Shown here in pieces: positions 20,761 through 30,697 of a stretch of DNA of 64,000 nucleotides. The stretch comes from Methanomassiliicoccaceae archaeon (lineage in GTDB: Archaea > Thermoplasmatota > Thermoplasmata > Methanomassiliicoccales > Methanomassiliicoccaceae). The notes under the pieces are model-generated. The model had not been told where the DNA came from. It did no database searches and saw only the letters and a list, made by a program, of their open reading frames with translations. The DNA is taken from positions 96,001-160,000 of the forward strand of contig JAXGZN010000001.1 of the NCBI GenBank assembly GCA_040776945.1. The letters run 5' to 3'. Within the stretch, counting starts at the first letter, position 1, and every line of letters begins with the position of its first letter. The translations under genes were made by a program, and so were the position numbers.

Positions 20761-21519
20761 TCAGGCATTATATCTCTTGTAGATCCGGCCTGCCAGGAGC
20801 TGGAAGGTGACGATGAAGGCGATCAGCATGACCGCGTCCACGATGGGATCGAGATGCGATGTGCCGGAATATGCGGAAGCGATCAGATCATGTCCATAGG
20901 TGAGAGGGGAGAGATAGGTAACGAACTGGGCGAACGGAGGTATAGAAGATAGGGGTATGAACACGCCGGATATGAACAGCAAAGGCAGCCTGACGACATT
21001 GAGCATGGACATTATGTCTCCGGGGCTCTCGGTCGGATAGGCGGCGAACAGCGTCCCGACAGAGGCGAAACAGAACGAGGTGAGCAGGAGGCCCAGAAGA
21101 AGAGGGAGCGCACTTTGTACCGGCGTTCCGAAGATCACCGTCCCTCCTATAAGGGGCACCAGCGCTATGCCTATGCTGTAGATGAACCCGCTCAGGCTCT
21201 CACCCAGCACCATTGCAAAAAGAGATGCTGGTGCCGAGAGGAGGCGATCGAAGGTCTTCGTCCTGCGCTCAATGGGGATGGATACGGGCTCGATGGAGGA
21301 CGCCGAGAACAATATCGTGATGGCCACGAGCCCGGGGATCATGACCGATGGTCCCGAGGTGTTGCTGACCGAGAACGCCAGGAACATGAACAACGGGAAG
21401 AGCAGTCCGGAGACAATGATGTTCGGCTTGACATAATAGATCCTCATATCCTTCTTGGCTATCGCCCATGCCGCCCGGAGCTCGCGGACCAAGCGGTAGC
21501 AGCTAGCGTGCTCACTCAA
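20761..21519 (-). CDS. ABC-2 type exporter permease
   Basis: ERRTKTFDRLLSAP, FISGVFIP, SPLTY. Confidence 0.9.
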   Translation of the reverse strand: MSEHASCYRLVRELRAAWAIAKKDMRIYYVKPNIIVSGLLFPLFMFLAFSVSNTSGPSVMIPGLVAITILFSASSIEPVSIPIERRTKTFDRLLSAPASLFAMVLGESLSGFIYSIGIALVPLIGGTVIFGTPVQSALPLLLGLLLTSFCFASVGTLFAAYPTESPGDIMSMLNVVRLPLLFISGVFIPLSSIPPFAQFVTYLSPLTYGHDLIASAYSGTSHLDPIVDAVMLIAFIVTFQLLAGRIYKRYNA

Positions 21520-22468
21520 CGGTGGTCACCCCCTTGGCATGGACCTCCAGCCCGGTGAGCTTGATGAACACGTCTTCAAGGCTCGGACCGAACGTGTTCA
21601 GACTGACGATCCTATTCCCGCTGAGGTCGGCATATTCGGTCAGCTTCCCTATGACCTGGGAGGGGTCATCGGTAAAGAACCGCAGCTTATCGCCCTCTTT
21701 CCTGACCTCGCTGATGCCGGTCGATGCCTTCAGTTCGTCCAGCAGTCCAGGCGGCGCGCGGTCAAAGGCGACCTCGACCGATTGCACGCTCTGTATCGTG
21801 CTCTTGAGCTTCTCCGGCGAATCGATAGCGGCGATCCGGCCCTTGTTGATTATGGCCACCCGGTCGCAGATGAGGTTGGCCTCTGCAATGTTGTGGGTCG
21901 TAAGGAATACCGTTACCCCTTTCGAGCTGAGATCACGTATGACTTCGCGGATGATGAGATTGCTCTGCACGTCCAGGCCGGAAGTGGGCTCGTCCAGGAA
22001 GAGCAGGCGGGGCTCGTTGATCAGTCCCATCGCCAGCGTCAGTCGGCGCTTCATCCCTTTCGAGAAAACCCTCGCCTTGTCGTCCCTCCTTCCCCAGAGG
22101 TCGAACAGTTCCAGGAACTCCCGTCCTCTTTTTTTCCTCGTCGCCCTGTTTATGCCGTATAGCTCTGCCGAGAACATCAGGTTCTGCCACGCGGTAAGAT
22201 CGTCATAGATGTTCGAAACCTCATGGACTATGCCCATCAGTTCACGCGCCGCGATCGTCTCTTTGACTATGTCCAGACCAAATATCCTCGCCCTGCCGAC
22301 CGTGGGCTTCGATATGCCCGTTAAGATCCGTATCGTCGTGGTCTTGCCGGCACCATTGGGCCCGAGGAACCCGAAGGTCTCGCCCTCCCTGACCGAAAAA
22401 CTGACGTCGGACAGTGCCTGGAAATCTCCGAACCGTTTCGATAGTTTTTCAACCTCGATGGCGAGCAA
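21512..22468 (-). CDS. ABC exporter ATP-binding protein
   Basis: GPNGAGKTT, FSKGMKRR, LDEPT. Confidence 0.93.
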   Translation of the reverse strand: MLAIEVEKLSKRFGDFQALSDVSFSVREGETFGFLGPNGAGKTTTIRILTGISKPTVGRARIFGLDIVKETIAARELMGIVHEVSNIYDDLTAWQNLMFSAELYGINRATRKKRGREFLELFDLWGRRDDKARVFSKGMKRRLTLAMGLINEPRLLFLDEPTSGLDVQSNLIIREVIRDLSSKGVTVFLTTHNIAEANLICDRVAIINKGRIAAIDSPEKLKSTIQSVQSVEVAFDRAPPGLLDELKASTGISEVRKEGDKLRFFTDDPSQVIGKLTEYADLSGNRIVSLNTFGPSLEDVFIKLTGLEVHAKGVTTVE

Positions 22469-22792
22469 GGGTCAAGCTCCCTCATGATCATACTGGCGGC
22501 CGTCTTTAAAAAGGGACGGAACGAACCTACTGTTGTCCCGAGAGCGCGATATGCGGGCACCATCACCATCGTCGATCGACAGACCTGAAGGTCCGACGGA
22601 TGAACGGTAAGTTCGTGCGGCCGCCGCTCCATGCCCAAGATCCTCCTCGGCCTCCCGTGAAGAGCGCTATATCCGGTGCATCCTTATCACAGCGGGAACT
22701 CGATGGGAGACGGGCCAAGATCTACATGCCGCTAGAGGATTCCCTGAAAATGGATATCTTATGGCCAGATGGGGGACGGGCTTCACGGCAGG

Positions 22793-22803
22793 TTTAAATA
22801 TAA
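22793..22803 (+). promoter_or_regulatory. TATA box of the ribosomal protein operon
   Basis: TTTAAATATAA about 210 nt upstream of the rpl3 ATG. Confidence 0.6.
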
Positions 22804-22820
22804 CAACCATAATCCCACAC

Positions 22821-23010
22821 GCACGCTGTAAGCGCTGAGGACGTTCGACCAGACGCCATGGGCAATGCTCTGCATCCCAATTTCCCCTCTACTTCCATTC
22901 TCGGAGGGCGGATAACGCGTCACGGTCGGAGGTGCTGACCTCGAGCGATCGAGTAAAAAAGAGGCGCAAGCACAGAGAGTGGATTCTCTCAAGAGAAGAG
23001 AGGGAGAACC
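22821..23010 (+). ncRNA. Candidate structured 5' leader of the rpl3 operon
   Basis: Nested helices 22844-50/22924-30 and 22852-56/22917-21, inner hairpins, CTCGA-GCGA-TCGAG GNRA hairpin. Confidence 0.45.
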
Positions 23011-24012
23011 ATGCCAAACAAGAGACGTCCAAAACAAGGTTCGCATGCGTATTCGCCCAGGAAGCGAGCGGTAAGCCAGACGCCCAGGCTAGATTCATGG
23101 CCCGAGATCAGCGAAGGCCCTAAGCTGCAGGGCTTCGCTGGCTACAAGGCCGGAATGACCCACGCGTTCGTGGTGGACTTCAACAAGAACAGCCTCACTG
23201 GAGGCCAGGAGATCCAGGTCCCCGTGACCGTCCTTGAAGTGCCCCCGATGAAGGTCGCTGCGGTCAGGGTCTACGAGAACACTCGCTACGGCCTAAGGAC
23301 CGCAGGAGAGGTGTGGGCGAACGGCCTCGACCAGAGCCTCGCCCGAAGGTTGCCCATTCCCAAGAACCAGGACCTCGAGAAGGCCTGGGAGGAGCTGAGC
23401 AAGAAGGATATCGATGACGTTCGCGTCCTGACCTACACCCAGCCCAAGATGGTCACCGGCGTGCCCAAGAAGGTCGCCGACCTGATGGAGACCAGGGTGG
23501 GTGGAGGCACCGTTGCCCAGAGGCTTGAGTATGCAAAGGGATTGTTGGGAAAGGAGATCACTGTCGCCGAGTTCGCCAAGGACGGAGCGATCATCGACGT
23601 GTCCGCTGTCACCAAGGGGAAGGGATTCCAGGGTGCCGTCAAGAGGTGGGGGGTCAAGCTGCTTTCCCATAAGAACTCCAAGCACCGCAGGATGATCGGT
23701 ACTCTCGCGCCCAAGAGGCCTGGGTACGTCAGGCCTCAGGTGCCTCAGGCCGGCCAGGTCGGCTACCATCAGAGGACCGAGTTCAACAAGCGGATCCTCA
23801 AGATTGGGGAGAAGGGCGAGGAGGTCAACCCCAAGGGCGGGTTCGTACATTACGGCAACGTCAGGAACAACTATGTTCTCATACACGGCTCAGTTCCGGG
23901 CCCCACAAAGAGGCTCATTCGCCTTAGGGACCCCGTGAGGCCGGCCGGCATCATGCTCAAGGAGGCGCCGAACATGGTATATGTCTCCACCGAGTCCAAG
24001 CAGGGGGCCTGA
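23011..24012 (+). CDS. rpl3: 50S ribosomal protein L3
   Basis: GYKAGMTH, TKGKGFQG, GQVGYHQRTEFNK. Confidence 0.97.
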   Translation: MPNKRRPKQGSHAYSPRKRAVSQTPRLDSWPEISEGPKLQGFAGYKAGMTHAFVVDFNKNSLTGGQEIQVPVTVLEVPPMKVAAVRVYENTRYGLRTAGEVWANGLDQSLARRLPIPKNQDLEKAWEELSKKDIDDVRVLTYTQPKMVTGVPKKVADLMETRVGGGTVAQRLEYAKGLLGKEITVAEFAKDGAIIDVSAVTKGKGFQGAVKRWGVKLLSHKNSKHRRMIGTLAPKRPGYVRPQVPQAGQVGYHQRTEFNKRILKIGEKGEEVNPKGGFVHYGNVRNNYVLIHGSVPGPTKRLIRLRDPVRPAGIMLKEAPNMVYVSTESKQGA

Positions 24013-24017
24013 GTACC

Positions 24018-24788
24018 ATGGCCAAGAACAATGTAAATATATATTCAGTCAAGGGCGACATCATAAAGAGCGTAGAGCTTCCCGCTGCCTTCGCTGCCGA
24101 GTTCAGGCCGGACATCATCCACCGCGCTGCGGTAGCCGAGCAGGCCAACCGGCGCCAGCCTTACGGGCCGAGCCCCACCGCGGGCGTCAGGCATGCCGTT
24201 TCTCAATGGGGAAAGGGCCGCGGCACCGCTCGTGTGCAGAGACTTACCCAGGGCAGCAAGGCCGCCGAGTCCCCGAACAATGTGGGCGGTCGCAGGGCCT
24301 TCCCGCCCAAGCCTGAGAAGGACTACTCTAAGAAGGTCAACCGGAAGGAGAAGTTCAAGGCCAAGCTGTCCGCCCTGGCCGCCCTGTCCGACCTTGAGAT
24401 GGTCAAGAAGAGAGGGCATCAGTTCGATGACGGCCTTACCATGCCTGTGATCGTTGAGGATGACTTCGAGAGATTGGCCACCACCGGCGATGTGGTCTCC
24501 GCCCTGGAGAACATCGGCGTCTCTGCGGACCTGGAGAGGGCCAAGGACGGAAAGAAGATACGTGCTGGGCGCGGCAAGATGAGGGGCAGGAAGTACAAGA
24601 CCCCGCGGAGCATCCTCGTGGTCGTTTCGGCCAAGGAGGCCCCCGTGTTCAAAGGCGCGAACAACCTGCCTGGCGTCGAGATCGTGTCGACCGAGGGACT
24701 GAGCGCTGGCGTGCTTGCTCCCGGCGGAATGGCTGGAAGGCTAGCGGTCTTCTCAGAGTCCGCCCTCAAGAAGATAGGAGAGTGGTAG
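24018..24788 (+). CDS. rpl4: 50S ribosomal protein L4
   Basis: RPDIIHRA, WGKGRG, LAPGGMAGRL. Confidence 0.97.
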   Translation: MAKNNVNIYSVKGDIIKSVELPAAFAAEFRPDIIHRAAVAEQANRRQPYGPSPTAGVRHAVSQWGKGRGTARVQRLTQGSKAAESPNNVGGRRAFPPKPEKDYSKKVNRKEKFKAKLSALAALSDLEMVKKRGHQFDDGLTMPVIVEDDFERLATTGDVVSALENIGVSADLERAKDGKKIRAGRGKMRGRKYKTPRSILVVVSAKEAPVFKGANNLPGVEIVSTEGLSAGVLAPGGMAGRLAVFSESALKKIGEW

Positions 24789-25072
24789 ATTTGGCAAAGA
24801 CCGAGATCCTCCTTCACCCTTATGTTACAGAGAAGACAATGAACCATATGACCGGGACCCCCACCCAGGACTTTAAGGATGGTAACCGCATCGAGTTCGT
24901 GGTGGTCAGGGAGGCCTCCAAAAAGGAGATCAAGGAGGCCTTCGAGAAGCACTTCGACGTCAAGGTCCTGAAGGTATGGACCAAGATAACCAAGGAAGGA
25001 AAGCGCGCAACCATCCAACTCGCCGAGGGTTACTCGGCCGAGGACATCGGGATGAGGATTGGAGTGTTCTGA
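24782..25072 (+). CDS. rpl23: 50S ribosomal protein L23
   Basis: PYVTEK...GKRATIQL. Confidence 0.95.
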   Translation: MVDLAKTEILLHPYVTEKTMNHMTGTPTQDFKDGNRIEFVVVREASKKEIKEAFEKHFDVKVLKVWTKITKEGKRATIQLAEGYSAEDIGMRIGVF

Positions 25073-25081
25073 GGGGATATT

Positions 25082-25777
25082 ATGGGAAAGCAGCTCAGAC
25101 AACAGAGACGGGGCAAGGGCGGCGCGGTCTACCGCAACCCTGGCCACAGGCAGATCGGCAGCATCCGATATCCTAACGTTGATGCCGGCAGCGGCAAGAT
25201 CGTCGACCTGGTCCACGCTCCTGGACGCAGCAGCCCGCTTGCGAAGATCGACTTCTCCGGCGAGAGGGTCCTCATGCTGGCCGCTGAGGGAATGACGGTC
25301 GGCAACACTGTCAGCTATGACCTTGGTGCCACGGACCTCAGTCCGGGGAACGTGGTACCGCTCAGCGCGGTGCCGGAAGGCAGCTTCGTATACAACATCG
25401 AGGGGCAGCCCGGCGACGGCGGCAAGTTCGTACGCGTTGCCGGAGCGTCCGCAACCGTGGTGAGCAGGGGCAACAAGGTCGTTGTCCTCATGCCGTCAGG
25501 CTCGTTCAAGACCTTCGATCCCCGGTGCCGCGCCTCTCTCGGCGTGGTCGCCGGAGGCGGTCAGAAGGAGAAGCCGTTCGGTAAGGCGGGCAACAAGTTC
25601 CACGCCTACCGCAGCAAGAGCAAGGCGAACTTCAAGGTCAAAGGATTGGCCATGAACGCGGTGGACCATCCGCATGGCGGCGGTGGCCATCCTCATGTGG
25701 GCAAGCCAAGCACTGTCAGCCGGAACGCATCGCCCGGACGTAAGGTCGGCCGCCTTTCGCCCAAGCGGAGGAAGTGA
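25082..25777 (+). CDS. rpl2: 50S ribosomal protein L2
   Basis: MGKQLRQQRRG, AMNAVDHPHGGG. Confidence 0.97.
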   Translation: MGKQLRQQRRGKGGAVYRNPGHRQIGSIRYPNVDAGSGKIVDLVHAPGRSSPLAKIDFSGERVLMLAAEGMTVGNTVSYDLGATDLSPGNVVPLSAVPEGSFVYNIEGQPGDGGKFVRVAGASATVVSRGNKVVVLMPSGSFKTFDPRCRASLGVVAGGGQKEKPFGKAGNKFHAYRSKSKANFKVKGLAMNAVDHPHGGGGHPHVGKPSTVSRNASPGRKVGRLSPKRRK

Positions 25778-25782
25778 TCTAC

Positions 25783-26244
25783 ATGGCAAAGGAGAAGATA
25801 GGCGGTCAGAAGGCCGCGCGCAGGAAGCAGCGCAAGAAGAAGGGCGGCATCACCGCCCGGCGCAAGAAGGAGTTCACCTACCGGGGCTTCACTATGGAGG
25901 AGATGCTGGAGATGCCCTTCGATGAGATGGTCACTTTGCTCCCGTCCCGGGCCCGGAGGACCCTGGCCCGTGGAATGAACGAAGAGCAGAGGACCGCCTT
26001 CGAGGTCCTCAGGTCCGGTAACCGCGAGGTGACCAGGACCCACCGCAGGGACGTGCCCATAATCCCCCAGTTCGTGGGAAAAAGGGTCGCCGTTCACAAC
26101 GGGAAGGAGTTCCTGGAGTTCGAGATCAAGCCCGAGATGATCGGGCATTTCACAGGCGAGTTCGCCTTGACCAGGCGCGAAGTGAAACATTCTGGACCGG
26201 GCGTAGGTGCCACCAGAGGTTCCAAGTTCCTGCCGCTTAAGTGA
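25783..26244 (+). CDS. rps19: 30S ribosomal protein S19
   Basis: FTYRG, RTHRRD, EMIGHFTGEF. Confidence 0.96.
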   Translation: MAKEKIGGQKAARRKQRKKKGGITARRKKEFTYRGFTMEEMLEMPFDEMVTLLPSRARRTLARGMNEEQRTAFEVLRSGNREVTRTHRRDVPIIPQFVGKRVAVHNGKEFLEFEIKPEMIGHFTGEFALTRREVKHSGPGVGATRGSKFLPLK

Positions 26245-26253
26245 GGTGGAAGC

Positions 26254-26700
26254 ATGGCTGGATACACTCAAAATGCAGATCCGGACAAGACCGCGAGGGC
26301 CATCGGGAAGGAGATGCCCATCTCCCCCAAGGACTCCCGCGAGATCTGCCGCATGCTCAGGGGCAGGAAGGTCAACGTGGCGATCAGGATGCTCGAGGAG
26401 GTCATGGACCTCAAGAGGCCGGTCCAGTTCGCCCGCTTCAACACCGGTGTGGCCCATAAGGCCGGCGTCGGCCCTGGCCGCTTCCCCGTGAAGTCGGCCT
26501 CGGCCATACTCGACGTGATCAACAGCGCGAAGCACAACGCCGAGTACAAAGGCCTTGACGCTGAGAACATGAAGGTGAAGGTCATCACCGCAAATCTTGG
26601 AAGAACGACCCCTGGGCACATGCCCCGCGCCCATGGCCGGAGCACCCCTTGGAACCAGCAGACCGTCAATATCGAGGTAATCTTGGAGGAGGCACAGTAA
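26254..26700 (+). CDS. rpl22: 50S ribosomal protein L22
   Basis: ISPKDSREIC, GRFPVK, PRAHGRS. Confidence 0.96.
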   Translation: MAGYTQNADPDKTARAIGKEMPISPKDSREICRMLRGRKVNVAIRMLEEVMDLKRPVQFARFNTGVAHKAGVGPGRFPVKSASAILDVINSAKHNAEYKGLDAENMKVKVITANLGRTTPGHMPRAHGRSTPWNQQTVNIEVILEEAQ

Positions 26701-26702
26701 GC

Positions 26703-27440
26703 ATGGCTAACGAGAGGAAGTTCATAGCCGAGAACGTCCGCAGGGTCCTCCTCAAGGAGTACTTGATGAAGGAGGTCACTAGGGCCGGGTTCGGCGGGCT
26801 AGACGTACAGAGGACCCCTATGGGCACCAGGGTGACGCTCGTGACCGAGCGCCCTGGCATCGTGATCGGCCGCCGCGGGTCGGCCATCAAGAAACTCACC
26901 GACGCCATCGAGAAGGATTTCAAGTTCGACAATCCCCAGGTCGAGGTGCACGAGGTAGCGAACCCCAATCTGAACGCCCAGATCATGGCCGAGAAGCTTG
27001 CGTTCGCCCTAGAAAGGGGCTGGCACTTCAGGCGGGCCGGTCATAGCACCATCCGCCGGGTCATGGACGCTGGTGCGAGAGGTTGCCACATAATTGTGGC
27101 CGGCAAGCTGACCGGGCAGAGGCATCGGACCGAGAAGTTCAAGGAAGGCTACATCAAGTTCTGCGGAGAACCGAAGCTGAAGGACGTGGACAAGGGCTAC
27201 GCTGTAGCGAAGCTCAAGCCCGGTGTCATCGGCGTCACCGTGGAGATCATGCGCCCGGACGCCAAGCTGCCGGACGAGATAGATGTCACCGCCCCCAGCG
27301 AGGCGGCCGAGAAGTTCCCTGAACTGCAGCCCCTTATGGTGAAGAAGGAGGAGCCCTCGGTCATCGTACCCAACGAGGGCGCCACAGAGGAGCCTGCCCC
27401 GGCCGAAGAGGGCACCAACGTGATGGAGAGTGAGGAGTGA
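26703..27440 (+). CDS. rps3: 30S ribosomal protein S3
   Basis: RPGIVIGRRG, LERGWHFRRA. Confidence 0.96.
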   Translation: MANERKFIAENVRRVLLKEYLMKEVTRAGFGGLDVQRTPMGTRVTLVTERPGIVIGRRGSAIKKLTDAIEKDFKFDNPQVEVHEVANPNLNAQIMAEKLAFALERGWHFRRAGHSTIRRVMDAGARGCHIIVAGKLTGQRHRTEKFKEGYIKFCGEPKLKDVDKGYAVAKLKPGVIGVTVEIMRPDAKLPDEIDVTAPSEAAEKFPELQPLMVKKEEPSVIVPNEGATEEPAPAEEGTNVMESEE

Positions 27441-27640
27441 TGGCTCTCCTGCGCACGTCGGAGATCAGGGACATGAGCGCCGAGGACCGCGCCAAGAAAC
27501 TGCGCGAGCTCCGCGACGAGCTCATGCACGAGAGAGGAACTGCAGCGATGGGTGGAGCGCCCACCAATCCTGGAAGGATTCGGGCCCTCAGGACCAACAT
27601 TGCTAGGATCGAGACCATCCTGAAGGAGGAGGAGAAGTAA
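27440..27640 (+). CDS. rpl29: 50S ribosomal protein L29
   Basis: EIRDMS...NPGRIRALRTNIARIET. Confidence 0.95.
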   Translation: MALLRTSEIRDMSAEDRAKKLRELRDELMHERGTAAMGGAPTNPGRIRALRTNIARIETILKEEEK

Positions 27641-27642
27641 TA

Positions 27643-27942
27643 ATGGCTGAAATCTGCCCGGTATGTGGGCTGCCCAAGGAACTGTGCATGTGCGAGGAGA
27701 TCGCGCGTGAGCAGCAGACCGTAAGGATCAGCACGGACAGCAGGCGCTACGGCAAGATCGTGACAGTGGTCGAAGGCATAGACGAGAACGACATCGACAT
27801 GGACGATCTGGCAAAGAAGCTTAAAAGCAAGTGCGCCGCTGGCGGCACGGCCAAGGAAGGCCGTATCGAGCTGCAGGGAGACCACAAAAAGAAGGTCAAA
27901 GAGGTCCTCGAACAGATGGGCTTCAAGACGGATGTCAGATGA
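27643..27942 (+). CDS. Translation initiation factor aIF-1 (SUI1/YciH)
   Basis: CPVCGLP, RRYGKIVT, AGGTAKEGRIELQGDH. Confidence 0.95.
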   Translation: MAEICPVCGLPKELCMCEEIAREQQTVRISTDSRRYGKIVTVVEGIDENDIDMDDLAKKLKSKCAAGGTAKEGRIELQGDHKKKVKEVLEQMGFKTDVR

Positions 27943-28202
27943 GCGTGAACAAGAGGGATCTCATGAGGTCAGAACTTATCGGCTTGGAGGTCGAAGTATT
28001 GCCCAATCCTGGCTGCGGCACCGTCCGCGGGGTGGTGGTGGACGAGACCAAACGCACCTTCGTGATCCGAAAGGAGGGTCGCGAGGTCATCGTTCCCAAG
28101 TCGTCCAATGAGTTCCTGTTCACATACCAGGGAGACAAGGTCAAGATTCACGGTTCGGAGATCCAGCACCGACCTGAGGATCGTATCAAGAAGATTAGGT
28201 GA
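27939..28202 (+). CDS. rnp1: RNase P protein Rpp29
   Basis: ELIGLEVEV..GVVVDETK..RPEDRIK. Confidence 0.92.
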   Translation: MSVNKRDLMRSELIGLEVEVLPNPGCGTVRGVVVDETKRTFVIRKEGREVIVPKSSNEFLFTYQGDKVKIHGSEIQHRPEDRIKKIR

Positions 28203-28207
28203 TCCCA

Positions 28208-28537
28208 ATGGCTAATGAAGTCAAGGATATAGGAATCGATGTAAGGGCGCCCGAGTCCGCCTGCGCCGATAAGCACTGCCCCTTCCACGGAGAGCTGTCG
28301 GTCAAGGGCCAGACCATCGAGGGGGTAGTAATCTCCACTAAGATGGACAAGACCGCGGTGGTCGAGCGCAACTACCTCAAGTACCAAGAGAAGTACGAGC
28401 GTTATGAGAAGAGAACGAGCCATTACTCAGCGCACAACCCTCCCTGTCTGGGGGTGAAGGCAGGCGACAAGGTCAGGATCATGGAGTGCCGCCCGCTGAG
28501 CAAGACCGTTTCCTTCGTGATCATTGAGAAGAGGTGA
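28208..28537 (+). CDS. rps17: 30S ribosomal protein S17
   Basis: CPFHG, KYERYEKR, ECRPLSKT. Confidence 0.96.
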   Translation: MANEVKDIGIDVRAPESACADKHCPFHGELSVKGQTIEGVVISTKMDKTAVVERNYLKYQEKYERYEKRTSHYSAHNPPCLGVKAGDKVRIMECRPLSKTVSFVIIEKR

Positions 28538-28542
28538 GCGAG

Positions 28543-28941
28543 ATGAAAGGAGTTGCAGGCAAGCAGTGTCGGGGCGTCCAGATGGGTTCCGTGCTCAACG
28601 TTATTGACAACACGGGCGCCAAGACGATCTCGATCATCACCGTCCCGGGGTATCATGGCACCAACCGCCGTTACCCCAAGGCCGGCGTGGGAGACATAGT
28701 CATCGCCTCCGTTAAGAAGGGGAGCCCGGAGATGAGGAGGCAGGTCGTCCACGCGGTCATCGTCCGTCAGCGCCGGCCGTTCCGCCGAGCTGACGGCATC
28801 ATGGTGCAATTCGAGGACAATGCGGCGGTCATCACCACCGAAGAGGGTGAGACCAAGGGAACGGACATCAAGGGACCTGTGGCCAGGGAAGCGGCGGAGA
28901 GATGGCCCCGCATAGCGGCGACCGCCTCCACGATAATATGA
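28543..28941 (+). CDS. rpl14: 50S ribosomal protein L14
   Basis: DNTGAK, FEDNAAV, GPVAREAAE. Confidence 0.96.
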   Translation: MKGVAGKQCRGVQMGSVLNVIDNTGAKTISIITVPGYHGTNRRYPKAGVGDIVIASVKKGSPEMRRQVVHAVIVRQRRPFRRADGIMVQFEDNAAVITTEEGETKGTDIKGPVAREAAERWPRIAATASTII

Positions 28942-28951
28942 AGGTGAGGAA

Positions 28952-29329
28952 ATGGTAGAGAGCAAGAAAGCACGAAAGCAGAGGAAGTCCTTCTTCAATG
29001 CTCCCAACCACATCCGGAGGAAGAACATATCCTCCAATCTGAGCGATGACCTTCGGAAGGAGTACAAGCTCCGGTCGCTGCAGGTCATCAAGGGAGACAC
29101 CGTGAAGGTAATGCGCGGCGACGAGGAGTTCCTCGGGCTCGAGGGCAAGGTCGCCGCCGTCATGACGAAGACCGGCAGGATCACCGTGGAGGGCCTGACC
29201 GTCGCCAAGGCGGATGGAACTCAGATCGCCAAGCCGGTCCACGCATCCAAGGTCATGATCACTAAGCTTGACCTCTCCGACCCCAAGCGGAAGGAGAAGC
29301 TGGCAAGGGCCAAGGAGGTTTCACAATGA
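28952..29329 (+). CDS. rpl24: 50S ribosomal protein L24
   Basis: RKQRK..NAP, GDTVKVMRG. Confidence 0.96.
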   Translation: MVESKKARKQRKSFFNAPNHIRRKNISSNLSDDLRKEYKLRSLQVIKGDTVKVMRGDEEFLGLEGKVAAVMTKTGRITVEGLTVAKADGTQIAKPVHASKVMITKLDLSDPKRKEKLARAKEVSQ

Positions 29330-30036
29330 GCAACGAGATGAAGAGATTGACCGCGCCGCGCAGCTGGCCGGTGAAGAGGAAGTCCTCCCATTGGATCACC
29401 AAGCCCTCGCCTGGCGCCCATGCCGTGGAGGACAGCATACCAGTGAACGTCGTTCTCCGCGATATGCTGCACGTGTGCAGGACCGGGGCCGAGGTCAGGG
29501 CGGTCATATTCGACAAGGGGATAATGGTGGACGGAAAGACCGTCACCAGCGCCAAGCAGGGCATCGGCCTGATGGACGTGGTCACCCTTCCCAAGTCTGG
29601 CGCCGCATACCGCATGGTGATGGACCGCAGGGGCAAGCTCCAGTTGGTCCAGATCCCACAGGAGAAGACCGCTTGGAAGCTCTGCCGCATCGATGACAAG
29701 ACCGTTCTGAGCGGCGGGAAGGTACAGCTCAACCTCCATGATGGGAGGAACATCTTGGTAGAGAAGGATGGGTACAAGACCGGCGACGTGCTGAAGATCG
29801 CGGTACCCGAGCAGAAGGTGATGGAGCACTACTCCCTAAGCAAGGGGTCTCTGGCGCTCATTACCTCCGGTTCTAACGTCGGGGAGACCGCGGTGATCGA
29901 CGAGTATGTTGTCACCAGGCTCGCATCTGAGAACCTTGTCAAGTTCAAGGACGGGACATCCACCGTCAAGAGCAACGTGTTCGTGATCGGCGCCAAGGTG
30001 CCCGAGATCGAGCTGCCTGAGGAGGCCGCGATATGA
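29326..30036 (+). CDS. rps4e: 30S ribosomal protein S4e
   Basis: KRLTAPRSW, PSPGAH, LHDGRN. Confidence 0.96.
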   Translation: MSNEMKRLTAPRSWPVKRKSSHWITKPSPGAHAVEDSIPVNVVLRDMLHVCRTGAEVRAVIFDKGIMVDGKTVTSAKQGIGLMDVVTLPKSGAAYRMVMDRRGKLQLVQIPQEKTAWKLCRIDDKTVLSGGKVQLNLHDGRNILVEKDGYKTGDVLKIAVPEQKVMEHYSLSKGSLALITSGSNVGETAVIDEYVVTRLASENLVKFKDGTSTVKSNVFVIGAKVPEIELPEEAAI

Positions 30037-30545
30037 GCGACCTCATGAGACGGCCCGCGATCGAGAAGATCGTCGTGAACATCGGCGTCGGCGAGGCGGG
30101 CGAACGGCTTAACAAGGCCCAGAAGGTCTTGAGCATGGTCACCAAGCAGAAGCCCATTACTACCTTCGCCAAGGTCACGAACAGGGACCTGGGGGTCAGG
30201 CACGGCATGCCCATAGGATGCAAGGTCACCATGAGGGGCGAGAGGGCCCAGGAGTTCCTTAGGAAGGCCCTTGTAATCCGCGAGAACAGAGTGGCCAACT
30301 ACTCCTTCGATAAGGAGGGCAACCTATCGTTCGGGATACCGGACTATACCGACTTTGAGGGCATGAAGTACGACCCCGAGATCGGCATATTCGGCATGGA
30401 CGTCAACGTGGTCTTCAAGAGGCCGGGATACCGGGTGGCCAAGAGGCGGATAATGGCCCGGAGGATCCCCAAAGAGCACCGCATGACCAGGGATGAGGCC
30501 ATCAGCTACATGAAGGAGCATTTCAAAGTCGAGGTGGTCGAGTGA
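30033..30545 (+). CDS. rpl5: 50S ribosomal protein L5
   Basis: [23 protein letters not shown]. Confidence 0.96.
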   Translation: MSDLMRRPAIEKIVVNIGVGEAGERLNKAQKVLSMVTKQKPITTFAKVTNRDLGVRHGMPIGCKVTMRGERAQEFLRKALVIRENRVANYSFDKEGNLSFGIPDYTDFEGMKYDPEIGIFGMDVNVVFKRPGYRVAKRRIMARRIPKEHRMTRDEAISYMKEHFKVEVVE

Positions 30546-30688
30546 AGACTAAGAAGGAGTTCGGAAGGAAGAAGGGATGCCTGCGCTGCGGAAGGAAGCG
30601 GGGCATCGTGCGCCGCTACGGCATGCACGTCTGCCGGCAGTGCTTCCGCGAGATAGCCCCGGAGATCGGGTTCAAGAAGTATAGCTGA
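30542..30688 (+). CDS. rps14: 30S ribosomal protein S14 (zinc-binding type)
   Basis: Not in ORF track; GTG start, CLRCG...[14 protein letters not shown]. Confidence 0.93.
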   Translation: MKTKKEFGRKKGCLRCGRKRGIVRRYGMHVCRQCFREIAPEIGFKKYS

Positions 30689-30697
30689 GGTGATGAC

